A DNA stretch of 64,000 bases from Lama guanicoe (Eukaryota), in assembly GCA_013239625.1 (NCBI GenBank), contig MU053487.1:186001-250000 (forward strand). Reading direction: 5' to 3'. Below are positions 1 through 12,929 of the stretch, in pieces (the stretch's first letter is position 1; the number at the start of each line of letters is the position of its first letter). The notes below the pieces were generated by a model that was not told the DNA's origin, did no database searches, and saw only the letters and a list, made by a program, of their open reading frames with translations. The position numbers and the translations under genes were made by a program.

Positions 1-24
1 GGTATATATTTTAGAAACACAAAT

Positions 25-250
25 TTAATGGAATCTTGAAGTATTAGGTTTGGAAGAGACTTTGGAGTTTCTCTAGTGCAGTCCTTTCATTTCATGAACT
101 AGGAATACCGAGAGATTAAATGCCTTCCCCAGAGTCTGTACTACCGGTTGTGCAGCACAAAGGGCCCTGGACTCGGGCAAGTCATTTATCTGCTCCACGT
201 CTGCTTTTCTTCTATCAGAAAGGATAATAAAGACTTCCACTTTCAGTTAG
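25..250. mobile_element. Degraded MIR fragments
   Basis: MIR-like motifs gagattaaatgccttccccag and gggcaagtcattt...ataata. Confidence 0.4.
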
Positions 251-1230
251 GATGTTGAAAGTTGCAAAAATTAGACATTACTCTTTCTACCCTAACAATG
301 AGAAAAGGTAGAGAAGCTGGAAAGTTGTAGTTCTCTAAAAAACCCCTCTAGAGAGCTGAGGACACATCTAAATGAATTAAAATCCAGGATGTAATGTGCC
401 TTTCCCAGAAAAAAAGTAACACCTAGATCACCGACTTTGGTCTGTGGTGGGGACAGCAGGAGAAGGAAGAATCTGCTATAGACAGCTGAGAGAAGTCAGC
501 CAGGCTTGTATTGACTGCATGTGGGCTGGAGGGACAGTTTGGAATCCTGAGGAGCCCCAGCCATGGAGCAAGGTTTCACCTACCTCTTTCCCCTGGGCCT
601 TCCCTGAATCCCTGGATGTAGTGTGCTGGAGGCTGGGGCCAGGGTAAGAGAGCTGAGAATGTTCTTGGGGTGGGTGGGGCCTGCTGATGGCCAGGGCAGG
701 ACAGTCAATAAAAATCTCCCTGAGTCAGGCAGGGCCACCACAGACAGGGGTCAGGCCTGGCCGAAGAGCTGAGAAATATCCCCCTGTGGCTATCCAGGTT
801 TTCCCCCAGGACACAGCAGCCTGCTTTCAGAAGGTGGAGTCTGAGTAACAGGGCAGAGAGTGAGCCCTCCTTAAGGCACAGACAGCAGAGGATGCTACTG
901 GAAGCAAAAATGACTCCCCAGCCCGCAGCCTGAATGTGAAAAAGATGTCTCACTGTTGAGAAAGCTAGCAGCTAGGTTGTAAGGCTCAAAGAGATCTGTG
1001 AGGTTTCCCCAGTACTCAGATCCCAACTTCTGAAGGCGAAGTTCTTGTTTCACCCTAGAAAAAATTTAAGCCAATCTTGAACTGAATCTAACTAATGCTA
1101 TAACAAATCTGAAACCCAGCTCAACTATAGATTGAAAGGATTCAGTGCCCCCCACCCCCACCCTGAGCAACCCAACTGAAGAAGGAGCTGCCCTTTATGG
1201 AAGTCGATTACTGTATTTCTTAAAAAAAAA
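251..1230 (+). mobile_element. Possible old L1 5' region
   Basis: Purine-rich sequence resembling ancient L1M 5' ends; recognised only loosely. Confidence 0.3.
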
Positions 1231-1244
1231 AAACCCAAAAAACC

Positions 1245-3945
1245 AAGTATAACTGACATTGGTTCCAACTGTAAAACATAATGATTCAATATTTGTATAT
1301 TGCAAAATGATCACCGCCATAAGTGTAGTTAACATCTGTCACCATACATAGTTACAGAATTTTCTTTTCTTCTGATGAGAACTTTTAATACTTATTCTTC
1401 TGGGAAAAAAAAAGATTGACTCTCTTGGCACTTTTGAGTCTTCCACACAGTATTATTAACTCTAGTCACCATGCTGTGTGTCATATCCCTGTGACTTCGT
1501 CACTTTATAACAGGAAGTTTGTACCTTTTGCCCCCTTCACCTGTTGTGCCCACCTTCCTTTCCCATCCCCTGCCTCTGGCAACCGCAGATCTGTTCTCTG
1601 TATGTATGAGCTCATTTTTTAACGATTTCCCATATAAGTGAGATCATTTGTCTAAGTATTTGTCTTTCCCTGTGTGACTTATTTCACTTTCCATAATGTC
1701 TTCGGAGTCCATCCATGTCGTTGTAAATGTCAAAATTTCCTTCTTATGGCTGTCTTGTACCTGTCTACCATATTTTCTTTATCCATTCGGCTAGATGGAT
1801 ATTTAGATTGTTTCCATATCAGCTTTTGTAAATGTTTCTGTGAACATGGGTGCTCAGATATCTTTTCCAGTTAGTGTTTTTGCTTTATTCAGATAAATAC
1901 CCAGAAGTGGGATTGCTGGATCATATGGTAGGTCTATTTTTAATTTTCTGAGGAATCTGCATACTGTTTTCCATAGTGGCTGTGCCAGTTTACATTCCCA
2001 CCAACAGTGCACGAAGGTTCCTTTTTTTCCACATCCTTGCCAACACTTATTGTTTCTTGCCTTTTTGGTACCAGCGATTCTGACAGGTGTGAGGTGATAT
2101 GTCATTGTGGTTTTGAATTTGCATTTCTCTAATGATTAGTGATGATGGGCAGCTTTTCATATATCTGTTGGCCATTTGTGTGCCTTTGAAAGTATATCTA
2201 TTTAGATCCTCTGCCCATTTTTTTAGTCAAATTGTTTGATATTAACCTCTTATCAGATATGATTTGCAAATTCATTCTGAAGGTTGCCTTTTCTTTATTG
2301 ATGGTTTCCTTTGCTGTGCAGAAGCTTTTTAGTTTGATGTAGCCCCACTTGCTTATTTTTGCTTTTGTTACCTTTTCTGTTGGAGTCAAGTCCAAGAAAA
2401 TCATCTCCAAGACTTATGACAAGTGGCCACCCATTTACTTCTAGTTTTATGGCTTCAGGTCTTTCATCCATTTAAAGTTAACTTTTGTGTAAGAATGGTG
2501 TAAGATGGGTCCAGTTTCTTTCTTTTGCATGTGGCTGTCCAGTGCTCCCAGCACCATTTATTGAAGTGTATTGTATACTCTTGGCTCCTTTGTCATAAAT
2601 TAATTGATAATATTGTGTGGGTTTATTTCTAGGCCATCTATTATGTTTCACTGATCTGTGTGTCTATTTTTATGTCAACATTATACTGCTTTGATTACCA
2701 TCGCTTTGTAATATAGTTTGAAATCAGGAAGCACAATCCAATTTTGTTCTTCCTTCTTAAGTTTGCTTTGGCTCTTGGGGTCTTTTGTGGTTCCATACAA
2801 ATTTTAGACTTGTTCTGTTCCTGTGAAAAATGCCACTGGAATTTGGTTAGGGATTGCACTGAGTCTGTAGATTGTTTCGGGTAGCATGGACATTTACCAA
2901 TATTAATTCTTCCAATCCATGAGCATGGAAAATCTCTGTTCCATTTATTTATGTCTTTTTCAATTAATCAGTGTCTTATATCTTTCAGTGTATAGCTCTT
3001 TCACCTCCTTGGTTAAATTAATTCCTAGGTCTTTAATTTTTTTTTGGTGTAATTATAAATGAGATTATTTTCTGAATTTTTCTGATATTTGATTATCAGT
3101 GTATAGAAATGCAGTAGTTTTTTGTATGTTGATTTTGTATCCTGCAACTTTACTGAGTTTGTTTATTCTAACAGATTTTTGGTGGAGTCTTTAGGATTTT
3201 CTGTGTATAATATGTCACCTGCAAATAATGGCAGTCTTACTTCTTCCTTTGTAGTTTGAATGCCTTTTATTTCTTTTTCCTCATAATTGCTCTGGCTAGT
3301 ACTTCCAATACTATGTTGAATAAAAGTAGCAAGAGTGGGCATTCGTGTCCTGTTTCTGATCTTAGGGGGATCCTTTTTGGCTTTTTACTACTACGTATGA
3401 TGTTAGTTGTGGCTTTTCATGTATGGCTTTTATTATATTGAGGTATGTCTCTTTTATACCCACTTTGTCGATTAAAAAAATTTTTTTTAATTTTTTTTGG
3501 GAAGGTACTTAGGTTTTTTTTTTTTTACTTATTTTAGAGGAGATACTGGGGATTGAACCCAGGACCTTGTGCATGTGCTCTACCACTTGAGCTATACCCT
3601 CCCCCTTGATTTTTTAATCATAAATGGATGTAGAATTTTGTCAGAGGCCTTTTCTGTATCTACTGAGATGATCGTATGGTTTTTACCCTTCATTTTGTTA
3701 ACGTGGTGTATCACGTTGATTTGCAGATGTTGAATCATCCTTGCATCCCTGGAATAAATTCCACTTGATTATGACATATGATCCTTTTAGTGTCTTGTTG
3801 AATTCAGTTTGCTCTTTTGTTAAGGATTTTTGCATCTGTGTTCACTGGGGACATTGGCCTGTAACTTTCTTTTCCTGTGGCATTCTTACCTGGTTTTGGT
3901 ATAAGAGTATTGTTGGCCTTGTAAAAGGAGGTTGGGAGTGTTAAA
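1245..3945 (-). mobile_element. L1 (ORF2 3' part plus 3' UTR), 5'-truncated, interrupted by a SINE
   Basis: Minus-strand ORFs carry L1 ORF2 C-terminal motifs ([38 protein letters not shown]). Confidence 0.93.
3481..3605 (-). mobile_element. tRNA-derived SINE, Vic-1-like
   Basis: Reverse complement of GGGGAGGGTATAGCTCAAGTGGTAGAG...GGTCCTGGGTTCAATCCCCAGTA (A/B boxes) with an A-rich tail. Confidence 0.88.
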
Positions 3946-4304
3946 TGACATGCCCAGGGTAACAAAGATGTATGTGGCAGCACCTGGATGGTAGGCTCAG
4001 TAAGTTAGATTTGATTCTTAGGTGTGTCCTAGTCAAAGCTCTCACTGAAAGAAGGGATTTCTTTCTCTGGCATTCCTGGTTCTGTGGTCTCTGCAGGAGC
4101 ACTGCGGTTAGAGCACCAGTGATTTCAAGTGTAGAACATTGCAGTATGGGCTATTGCTAGAAAATTTTTCGCTATGTTGTGCTGAAGTCTTGTAACCTTG
4201 ATTCACCGGTCTTTCTAATGACAGAAAATAAGCCCATCCTTCTGACAGCTGTTGAGATATGTGAAGATCGTTGTGGTGTCATTCTACCACTGCCCCCAAC
4301 ACCA

Positions 4305-4850
4305 GGTAGAGACTTCAGTACCATACTTTGAATAGCAGAATTTAGACAGCAGATCCACAAGGAAATAGAAAACTTGAAGAGCACTGTAAACCAATGACAC
4401 CTAACAGATACACAGAAGGCTCCCCGACCCAGTACTCCAGAATACATGTTCTTCTCAAGTACATGTGCAGCATTCTCCAGGATAGACCATGTGTTAGGCC
4501 ACAAAACAAGTTTCAATAAATTTCAAAAGATTAAAATCTGCAACCACAATGGAATGAAGCCAGCAATGAAAAGCAGAAGGAAAACTGGGAAATTCACAAA
4601 TATGTGGAAAGAAAACAGCGCACTCTTAAACAACTAATGGGTGAAAGAAGAAATAACAAAGAGTAATACTTTTGAGAAATACTTTGAGATGAATGGAAAT
4701 GAAAATATAACATATCAAAGCTTATGGGATATAGTGAAAGCAACGATCAGAGGAAAATTTATAGTTGTAAATGCCTGCATTAAAAAGAAAAAAAGATCAA
4801 AAGATCAGATCAGTAACCTAACTTTATACTTCAAGGAACCAGAAAAAGAT
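4305..4850 (+). mobile_element. L1 ORF2 endonuclease/linker fragment
   Basis: FFSS..FSRIDHVLGHK, HNGMK, TYQSLWDIVKATIRGKFI. Confidence 0.9.
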
Positions 4851-5059
4851 TACTGAGATAATTTAGCTAAGTTATCTAACACAGTGTTTTTTGGAGCTTG
4901 TAATATCGTGGGCACTTAATAACTGTTAGTATCTCATATGCACATCACTAAGACCGATCATTGAAAATGCTTTGAAAAGGAGTGGAGGGTACTGTTTATG
5001 GCACTGTTTCCATTTCTGCAGTTTGCTTTGGTGGATTGTGGTATATGTGTTTTTACTCT

Positions 5060-5225
5060 ATTTTTATATTGAGATCTTACACATATAATGCAAATTTCAC
5101 CCATTTAAAATACACAGGCCAGTGTATTTTAATATAGTCATCCAGTTGTACCTTCTTCACAACTGTGTAATTCAGGAACAGTTTCATAACTCTAGGAAGA
5201 AACCCCATACCCATCAGCAGTCTGG
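5060..5225 (-). mobile_element. Old L1 3' end fragment
   Basis: Typical L1M 3' terminus (aatttcacccatttaaaatacac...aaccccatacccatcagcag). Confidence 0.6.
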
Positions 5226-5326
5226 CTGGACAGTGATTCGGGCTGTTCTGATCTACAAAACACGTAACTGTTTTTTCTTTTGATTGATTGAGGAACACCT
5301 TAATAATTTACTTTTTTTTCCTTTAG

Positions 5327-5388
5327 GTTTTCTCAAATAATGATGAAGGCCTTATTAACAAAAAGTTACCCAAAGAACTCCTTTTGAG
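5327..5388 (+). CDS. FBXL2: FBXL2 exon 2 (VFSNNDEGLINKKLPKELLL-R; start of F-box)
   Basis: cctttag|GTTTTC...TTGAG|gtaagt; 62 nt. Confidence 0.96.
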
Positions 5389-6104
5389 GTAAGTGTACTT
5401 AAACTTCTAGATAAAGATTTCAGAGATGATTCAGTCATCAAGTTCCCAGACAACCTTCTTTCTCACTATGAGTCCGTAGCATAGAAAAACAGATAGAATT
5501 AGCCTAACTGACTTTCTGTTTTTGTTTTATAGAATGCTGTTCAGCTTGTTGTTAAATTTTACTTGGTCTAATCCAGAATGTACTAAGTATGTGCATAGCA
5601 TTGGTCTGGATTCTTTTTGTAATGTGGTAAGTATTGTAATAACCTTCAGTAGGTGCCACTGTTTTGGTATCAGTAGATTATCTCAATGTAGTCAGTAACG
5701 TGAGGAGAGATTATTGCTTAGGTTGTGAGCTCCTGAAGTCGTAGACATTTAGATGTTTTCTGATCCACTGGTTTTAAAATAATTACACTATTTTCTTACT
5801 GAGCACTTAAAGTGCTGCCAGCCTTTATGTCAGCCTATTGATGTTTTTACCCATTTTGTGTGAAGTGACAGTTCTATAGAACAGGCTTTCTGTCCCTTAT
5901 TTTTGGCATTACTGAATATACAGCTAGTGATACTTTGTTTGTCGTTTTTACCAAGTAAAGCTGTCAACCGACTTCTGTTGATCCTGAGGCCCTGCGGTTT
6001 CCTTTAGTACTCTTCAGTCACCAGAGAAGTCTTATTTTAGTTTTGGAGGTTATATTTTAAGTGTTAACAAACCATTAATGCATGTATACATGGTGATCTT
6101 TGAG

Positions 6105-6340
6105 TGACGTTTCCCAGACTCTCTTCATTATCACTGATGTTTCACAAAACAAAACAGAAAAACAGGTTTTGTGATCAAGTAAGTGTGGGAAACACTGGGT
6201 TAACAAAACCAATTTCTTTACTACATGAATTCTCAGAGCCTTCAGAAGCTTATGCTCCTAGGTGAATAGTGGTAGCATTTCAAACTTCCTGACTGTGGAA
6301 CCCTTTTAATATTCCATGGGAAAGTTTTTGGGAAGTGCTG
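6105..6340. mobile_element. MER5/hAT-Charlie-like DNA transposon remnant
   Basis: Degenerate termini gtttccca...tgggaaacactg / tgggaagtgctg. Confidence 0.4.
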
Positions 6341-7257
6341 ACATACAGTAAGAGGCTGAGTGGAGGGCTCCGTTCCCTGGCTGTGCTAGATCTCATTTTA
6401 GCATTTAGGGAGTGAGTATGAGTGTGTGTTGATTACGTATCAGAGTCCATCAGAGTTGCTCTGCAAATGCCATGGGTTGCTCACCTTTGCTCACTGAGTA
6501 TGTTAGACTTTCGTTCTTGAGTCAGGAATGGGGTGAGACTTCACTTCTTTGTGGTGGCGATCACATTTAGGGGCTTCAAGTTGGTGTTTCATTAGTCATT
6601 AGCTGGTGTTTGACACTGTTGTCTGTTGTCACAACCTCGTTCTACTCAGTTAATAAAAAAGAAAATTTAACTCATGACCAGATCATATGAAAAATGGAGC
6701 AATCATACTTTATCTCAATAAGATAAACATTTGTTTGGCTAAGAGAGAATGTTCTTTGGCATTTTAGACCATTTTATAGTGGTAACAAGGAAGGAATGAT
6801 ACGTTTATTGCATAAACTGACAAGCTCTGGATCAAGCACAGTAATCTGTTAGAACCAGTACGGCTGGGCTAGGCGAACTTACAACAAGCTGTAGGGGATG
6901 CGGTCCACAGCGGACTACAGAGGGAAGGGTGTTTCCCAGAACTGGGCAGTGTTTCATTCTGGGTCTGAACACTTTTCTAGCACAGACATCAAACTATAAT
7001 ATGAATCTGTCACGTTTACTCTGGGGACTCATAACCAGTTTCAGGCTGACCCTTATTAGTCGTCCAGCACTGGAGGCTGATTACACTCCACCCTTCTTGT
7101 GAATACTGCTGCTGTTTGTGACCCAAGGCTGCTGGCTTAATATTTTCCCCTTCCGGTAGGGTCAGCTTTTACTGTACTCAGCCATGGTGCTGTATCTATT
7201 GCCCAAAAAAGCAGAGGGGTGTGGAATTATATCACTTCCTGTGCTAGTGTGATTTCT

Positions 7258-7836
7258 CTCTCTCTTTTTTTTTTTTTGAGGTGTTTTTTAAAAATTTAAT
7301 TTAATTTTATTTTGGGGGGGAAACAATGTTTATTCTAGGAAGAGCAACTCATTGAGAGATAAAACCATTTACATATATGTACTGTTCATTGTTTCTGAGA
7401 ACAGTTTAGAGCTATAGCTTTGTAAACTTACATAGTTATCAAAGGAATAAAGCCAACCACAAAATAGGAATCAACAGAATGCAGTCATCCAATCATAAAG
7501 GACAGTCAGATGTGCTTACACGTATTCAAGAAATCAATCATCTGAGTTATAAATAATAAGTGGTTCATTTGTGTCTTTTTTTCTTTCAGATTCCACGTAT
7601 AAGCAATATCATATGACATTTTTCTTTCTCTTTCTTGCTTACTTCACTTGAACTGACCATCTCCAGGTCCATCCATGTTGCTGCAAATGGCATTTTTTAT
7701 CCTCTTTTGTGGCTGAGTAGTATTCCATTGTATAAATATACCACTTCTTTATCTAGTCATCTGTTGATGGACATTTGGGTTGTTTCCACATCTTGGCTAT
7801 TGTAAATAGTGCTGCTATGAACATATGTGTCTTCTA
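7258..7836 (-). mobile_element. Chimeric retrotransposed insertion (L1 fragment + unique AATAAA-bearing segment + SINE-like A tail)
   Basis: Perfect 18-bp TSD TGTGCTAGTGTGATTTCT at 7240-7257 and 7837-7854; poly(T) at the left end on +. Confidence 0.8.
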
Positions 7837-9069
7837 TGTGCTAGTGTGATTTCTGACCTATTGTTTTAGAAATTTTAGTTCTTTTAAAGATCTTCAATGG
7901 ACCTAGCTTTCAAAAATCCTAGAATTAGTTTTTGAATCATGCTGAGGCACATAGATCATTTTTTCCAAAAGAATTGTCATTTGAGAGCAAATGTTCATAA
8001 CATGTCTGTTCATAGATTTGCATTCCCACTTCTGGTCTTACTTTGGCGTGTGTAAGGGGCATTTGAAGTACTGCTACCAAGGGTCTTCTGTGACTCTTAG
8101 TCTTAAAACTAACTGTAGCCAACCAAGGTATTTTAATTTTTGTTGGCCTTTTGATCATTTCTGCCATCTTACTCTCAAACTTTCTATTCTCAGTAACAGT
8201 AGCTCTCCCGTTGCCTGGCTACCCTTCTTAAACAAAAATTTGAAGAAGGGTTTGAGCCAGGTTACCAAAGCAGACATCTTCATTGTCAGTTAATTCCACA
8301 GTGAAGACTCCGCCGCGTAGAGCTTAAGTACTGATTGGTTTTGCTAAGTGAAAGGATGCCTTCGTACTTTTCAGTCTGACCTTGGCTTGCATTTTTACTT
8401 CATATTGTGGACTTCGCTGTGACAGAGCAGACGGTTCCTGCTCTCACTGGATTCCTGTTCACTTTCAGCCTTACTCATCAGTGCATGTCAGTTCTTTGAC
8501 TTTATGAAAATCTTATTTGCTTGCATTCAAAGTCATTTTCTCTTCTGCCATTTTTTACTGCCTCTGTTACCGTCTCTAAAATTCTCTACTAGCTTCCATA
8601 ACTGATCACATCGACTAAAGCCTCAGCTTACCCCCTGGAACCATTAACAAGCGTAATCTGGAATTATGTGCTGCTTTTCATCTCTTTCTATCACTTTGAA
8701 TTCACTCAGAGAAATCTGTGAGGTTTTTTTATTTCCATCTGATTATCTTATAGCTAGTTTAAAGACTACTCACTATTATTAATCTACAGGTTCTTTCTAC
8801 CCGCCCCCCATTTTTAGTTGGTTCTTAAAAAGCCTTTACAATTTTGCTTTTTCTACCCAGCTTTCACTCATAAGTTAAAGGTACTCAAGTTCTCCCTCTC
8901 ACACAGTTCAACAGATGGCTTATAATTTTTCTCTTTCTGGGGAGTCAGTTACACGATGTTTGTAACAGTGGGAATATTTAGTTTGTTGTGCTCTAGACAT
9001 CTGTCAGTCAGGTGAGTTGTCCTTGCATATGTTGGTCCTCATTGTTCTTGTCTGTATTGCATTTGTGCC

Positions 9070-9265
9070 CAGACTTGCTGGAGATTTCAGCTGTCCCCAT
9101 TTACTAGTTGTGTGACTTCAAAGTGGCTTAACTCTCTGGGCCTTAATTTTCCACATCCGTAAAGTGGGAATAGTAGTAGCTGTTGCCTAATGTAGTTGTT
9201 GCTAGCTCCGAGAGTACCTGGCATTTAATAAGTGCTAAGTAAGTGTTAGCTCTTACTATTATTAA
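9070..9265 (+). mobile_element. MIR
   Basis: ttactagttgtgtgact...ttaactctctgggccttaattttcc..atccgtaaagtgggaata; aagtgct...gttagc tail. Confidence 0.75.
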
Positions 9266-10829
9266 TTAGTATCAATTTTGGATGTCTGAATGCTTAATAA
9301 ATGCTGTTTGACAGCGCAGTCAGTTTTAATTCGAACAACTGGTAAAAGCAAGCTCTCCTGATGTTGATCTTAACATGTGCTCCTGCTGACCGTATCTCAG
9401 TGAAGAACCTGGTTATTTAGTAAGTTAACATAGCCCAATGCTTCATTTCAACAACTTGCATTAATTCAATCTTAATGGAAATTGCATGCTACCATCTGAC
9501 ATTAAACTGACAACTACTCGGGCTTAAGCAGAGCTGTGGTGGTATTACGACAACTGATAATCATTTTGTATTATAAAAAGGCAGTCTCTTGGAAGGAATC
9601 CTTCCTCTTTTGAGAAAAGAAGTCTTATGTGAATGAATATTGGTCTACAACTCAGATTATAAATTTTAGTATTAATTTGTTTGGCCTTAAGTTTTTACTT
9701 CTGTTTTTGTTGCTCTCACGTGTTAGTGATGAAGTGAAAATACATGTAGACAGCTTCATAGGAGATAGGCAGTGCTACGTGCAGTAAATATTTTAAAACA
9801 TTGTGAGAAGACAAAGCTCTTATTAGTAATAAATAATAATGAAAGAAACCTCTTATTAGACATATTTTTGCAAACTAATTTTCTTTCCTTTTAAAATGTA
9901 TATAGATACCTGGGAGAATTAAGAACTGCTAGTGTTTGTTGGCTGGCTGAAGGAAGGTTTCATTGCCCCAGACAGGAGAGCCGAGCCTAGTTAATTCTGG
10001 GCAAATGGAATCAACTACACAATTACACATAATTTGTCAATATTATTAGTTTGCTAAGGAATATTATAAAATGACCAGCACATGAATTTTCAGATTTTCC
10101 TTTTCTAAAATCTGTAAGCCAGTTCCATGAGTGAAAATTGTGGCTTTTGTTGCAATCATTAAGTTACAGCCCAGTGCTTAGTGTAATAATCGGTGGGGGC
10201 CTTGGGGAGCAGTGCAGTTAAGGGCTCATTCCTGTTCGTGGCATCGTTGAGTGGGTGCTGTTGCCTGCTGGTTGGTTTCAGCACTCCATGGACTTTTCAA
10301 GGACTGGTACCTGCACCCCCTGCTGTCTGGGATGCCATATGCATATATATCTATGTCTGTATCTATAGATTCATATATTCCAAGGCAGCCTAACAGGTAA
10401 GCTGCACTTTGGGGGATACCTGCTGCAAGTTCAGGTTTAAGCATGTATGCAGATTCTTCTTTTTTGTTCAAGAGTTTTTTTGGTTTGTTCGTTTTTGTTG
10501 TTGCTTACCTTGCATGAGGCAATAGAGGACCAAATTCATGTGTGTTGAAATCAGTTGCAGAAGCTTAAAGGCCCTTCCTTTTCATTACTCCAGTATCATG
10601 TACTATTTTAGGGCTGGCATCTATGTCCAAATCATGGCAGAAGCAGATTTTCCTCCGTCTAGGTTGGGGTTATACTTAAAACTCTGATGATGCTTTTGGA
10701 TTTTTAAATCTACATGAAACACCAGTAGAGTTCCACAGATGGGAAGGATGGAACCAGTACATTCTACTCCAGAGCTTTTTTTCCTGGAAAGTCTTGTTAG
10801 AGACCTGTTAATTAAAAAGCTGTGGATTC

Positions 10830-12400
10830 AGTACTTACCACAGAAAAGACTGGTAAATTTGAGTCTATGAATAATAAAATATGGCAAAATATACCATACC
10901 GAAGATAAACAGCATACTGGTAAGTGAAATAATTAGGATGCACATTGTGAGCAAGGGCTGTCTTCTTCAGCATAACACACACACACAAAACCTTAAAAAT
11001 TAAGAATGAAGTGGATTAACTGTTAGAAAAACAGTTAGAAGAGGGTCTGAACAAAGGAAGAAATATAAATGGCCAATAAATGTATAAAAAGATGCTCAAT
11101 CAGGTCCATGTTTCAATATAAATCAAAATAATGGGATATTACTTATCTGACTGACAAAACCCAAAGTGTTGACAATACCAGGTTTTGGCAGTGGGGTAGG
11201 AGACAGACACTCTAGGGCACTTTAGAGTTGGGAAAAAAACTGTTGTAGCCATTCTTTGGGGCCCCTGGAGAAAAATGTTCAAAATGCTAAATGCACATAC
11301 AAATTCCATTTCTAGGAATTTACTAACAGGTATATTTGCAAAGATATACATACAGGGCTGTATATACCAAGGAATATATTCAGGGATGATTACTCCAGCT
11401 TTTTTTTTTTAAACTGGAGTTTAATGAGATTACAGATTTGGATCACTGATCATTCTTAGTGATACACATTGTCACTGACCCATGTGTTGCCCTCCCTTCT
11501 CCCCATCATCAAGTTCATACTGTCAAGAACTTTGTGTTTGATTCCTTTCTTTAAATTTTTTAAATCTTAAATATATTTGACTGAAAAACATAATGTTTAC
11601 TTTTGCTTATTAACTTTATACATAAAAGTATGTCTTCTGAGGCAAGGTTTTCATTCAAAATTATGTTACTAAGAGTGACCCATGTTGCCCCATTTGGCTG
11701 TTACTCATTCATTTTTACTGCTGTATAGTATTCTCTTGTGACTGTACCAAAATTCACATGTTGATCCTTCTTTTGATGATACCTTAAAAAAATTTTTTTT
11801 GGTGGGGGGAGGTAATTGAGGTTTATTTATTTAGAGGAAGTACTGGGGATTGAACCCAGGACCTCGTGCATGCTAAGCATGTACACTAACTCTTGAGCTA
11901 TATCCTCACCACTTGATGAGAACTTTAGTTTCCAATGTCTTATTAATAAAAGCAGTGCTGCTGTGAACAGCCTTGTAGATATCTCATGATACAAACAGAC
12001 AAGAGTTTCCCTAGGAGTGGATTTGCTGGGGGGTCATAGGGTATACAAACGTTTAACTTTATATAGTAATACTTAATTGGTTTTCCGAAGAGGTCTTAAC
12101 AGTTTACATTCAAACAGACAATGGATAATAGACTCAGTTGAGTCATTCCGTTTCAGTATTTAGTGTTGTTACATGTATAAAGTGTAGAACAGCATCTCGG
12201 TGTGCTCTTGATTTGAATTTCCCTGAATGCTAGTAATGTTGAGTGTCTGTTCGTTAGTTTATCAGTCACATGTATTTATTTCCTCCTCTGTTAGACGCAA
12301 GTGTATGTTTCTTGCCTATTGGGTTGTTCCTTACTGATTTGTAGGCGTTGTTTTCTTTCTCTTTCTTGTGTTTAGTACTACTATATCTTATATATTTTTT
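10830..12400. mobile_element. Old L1 3' fragments (about 10830-11400 on +, about 11400-12400 on -)
   Basis: aaatggccaataaa..aaaagatgctca; attccatttctaggaattta; inverse motifs downstream. Confidence 0.6.
11786..11912 (-). mobile_element. Vic-1-like SINE
   Basis: A/B-box head; degenerate TSD ttgatga.a.ctt at 11773-11785 and 11913-11925. Confidence 0.87.
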
Positions 12401-12929
12401 AATCCAATTTTCCAAATAGTGTCTCAATTTAAAAATATTGACGAGAGGGTGATTTGGGGTTTTAATGATTACAGCTAATATTTCATTCACTATGATTATT
12501 ATTATGATTTTCTGCTTCCTACTGATTTTGCCTCTCTCCTGCTTCACACCCTTCCTCTGGTGAGAACTCCACTTAAATCGTTACGACTTAAATTGTTCTC
12601 CCACAAGAGTCCACATGTTGTCTCTTACTCTTTCTCATCTCTCATTCTTGTCGAGCTTCCTTGTAAAGTCTGGCAACTCTGATTTACTTCCAGTCCCTGA
12701 AAATGTCATTCTCTTATTTGCTCTCTCCTGTGTTCACGCTGCTTCTCGAGAGTGCCTGCCTTCTGCTCAGCCCTCCTTTCACCTGGCACAGCCTAAGGCT
12801 TTTCCTAAGTTCAAGTCCATGTTCTCTCCCTCTTAGGTGTGCTTGTAGGTCCTTTAAGCATTTTGCAATTTCTGGTGTTTGTCCTGGGTTTTATGCTGCA
12901 TAACACAGTGAATCTAGCATGTTAAAAAA

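Noticed and set aside
7900..8800. Possible processed pseudogene or ancient element on - (76-aa and 100-aa ORFs)
   Set aside because: No recognisable protein, TSD or poly(A) tail; not supportable without a database search.
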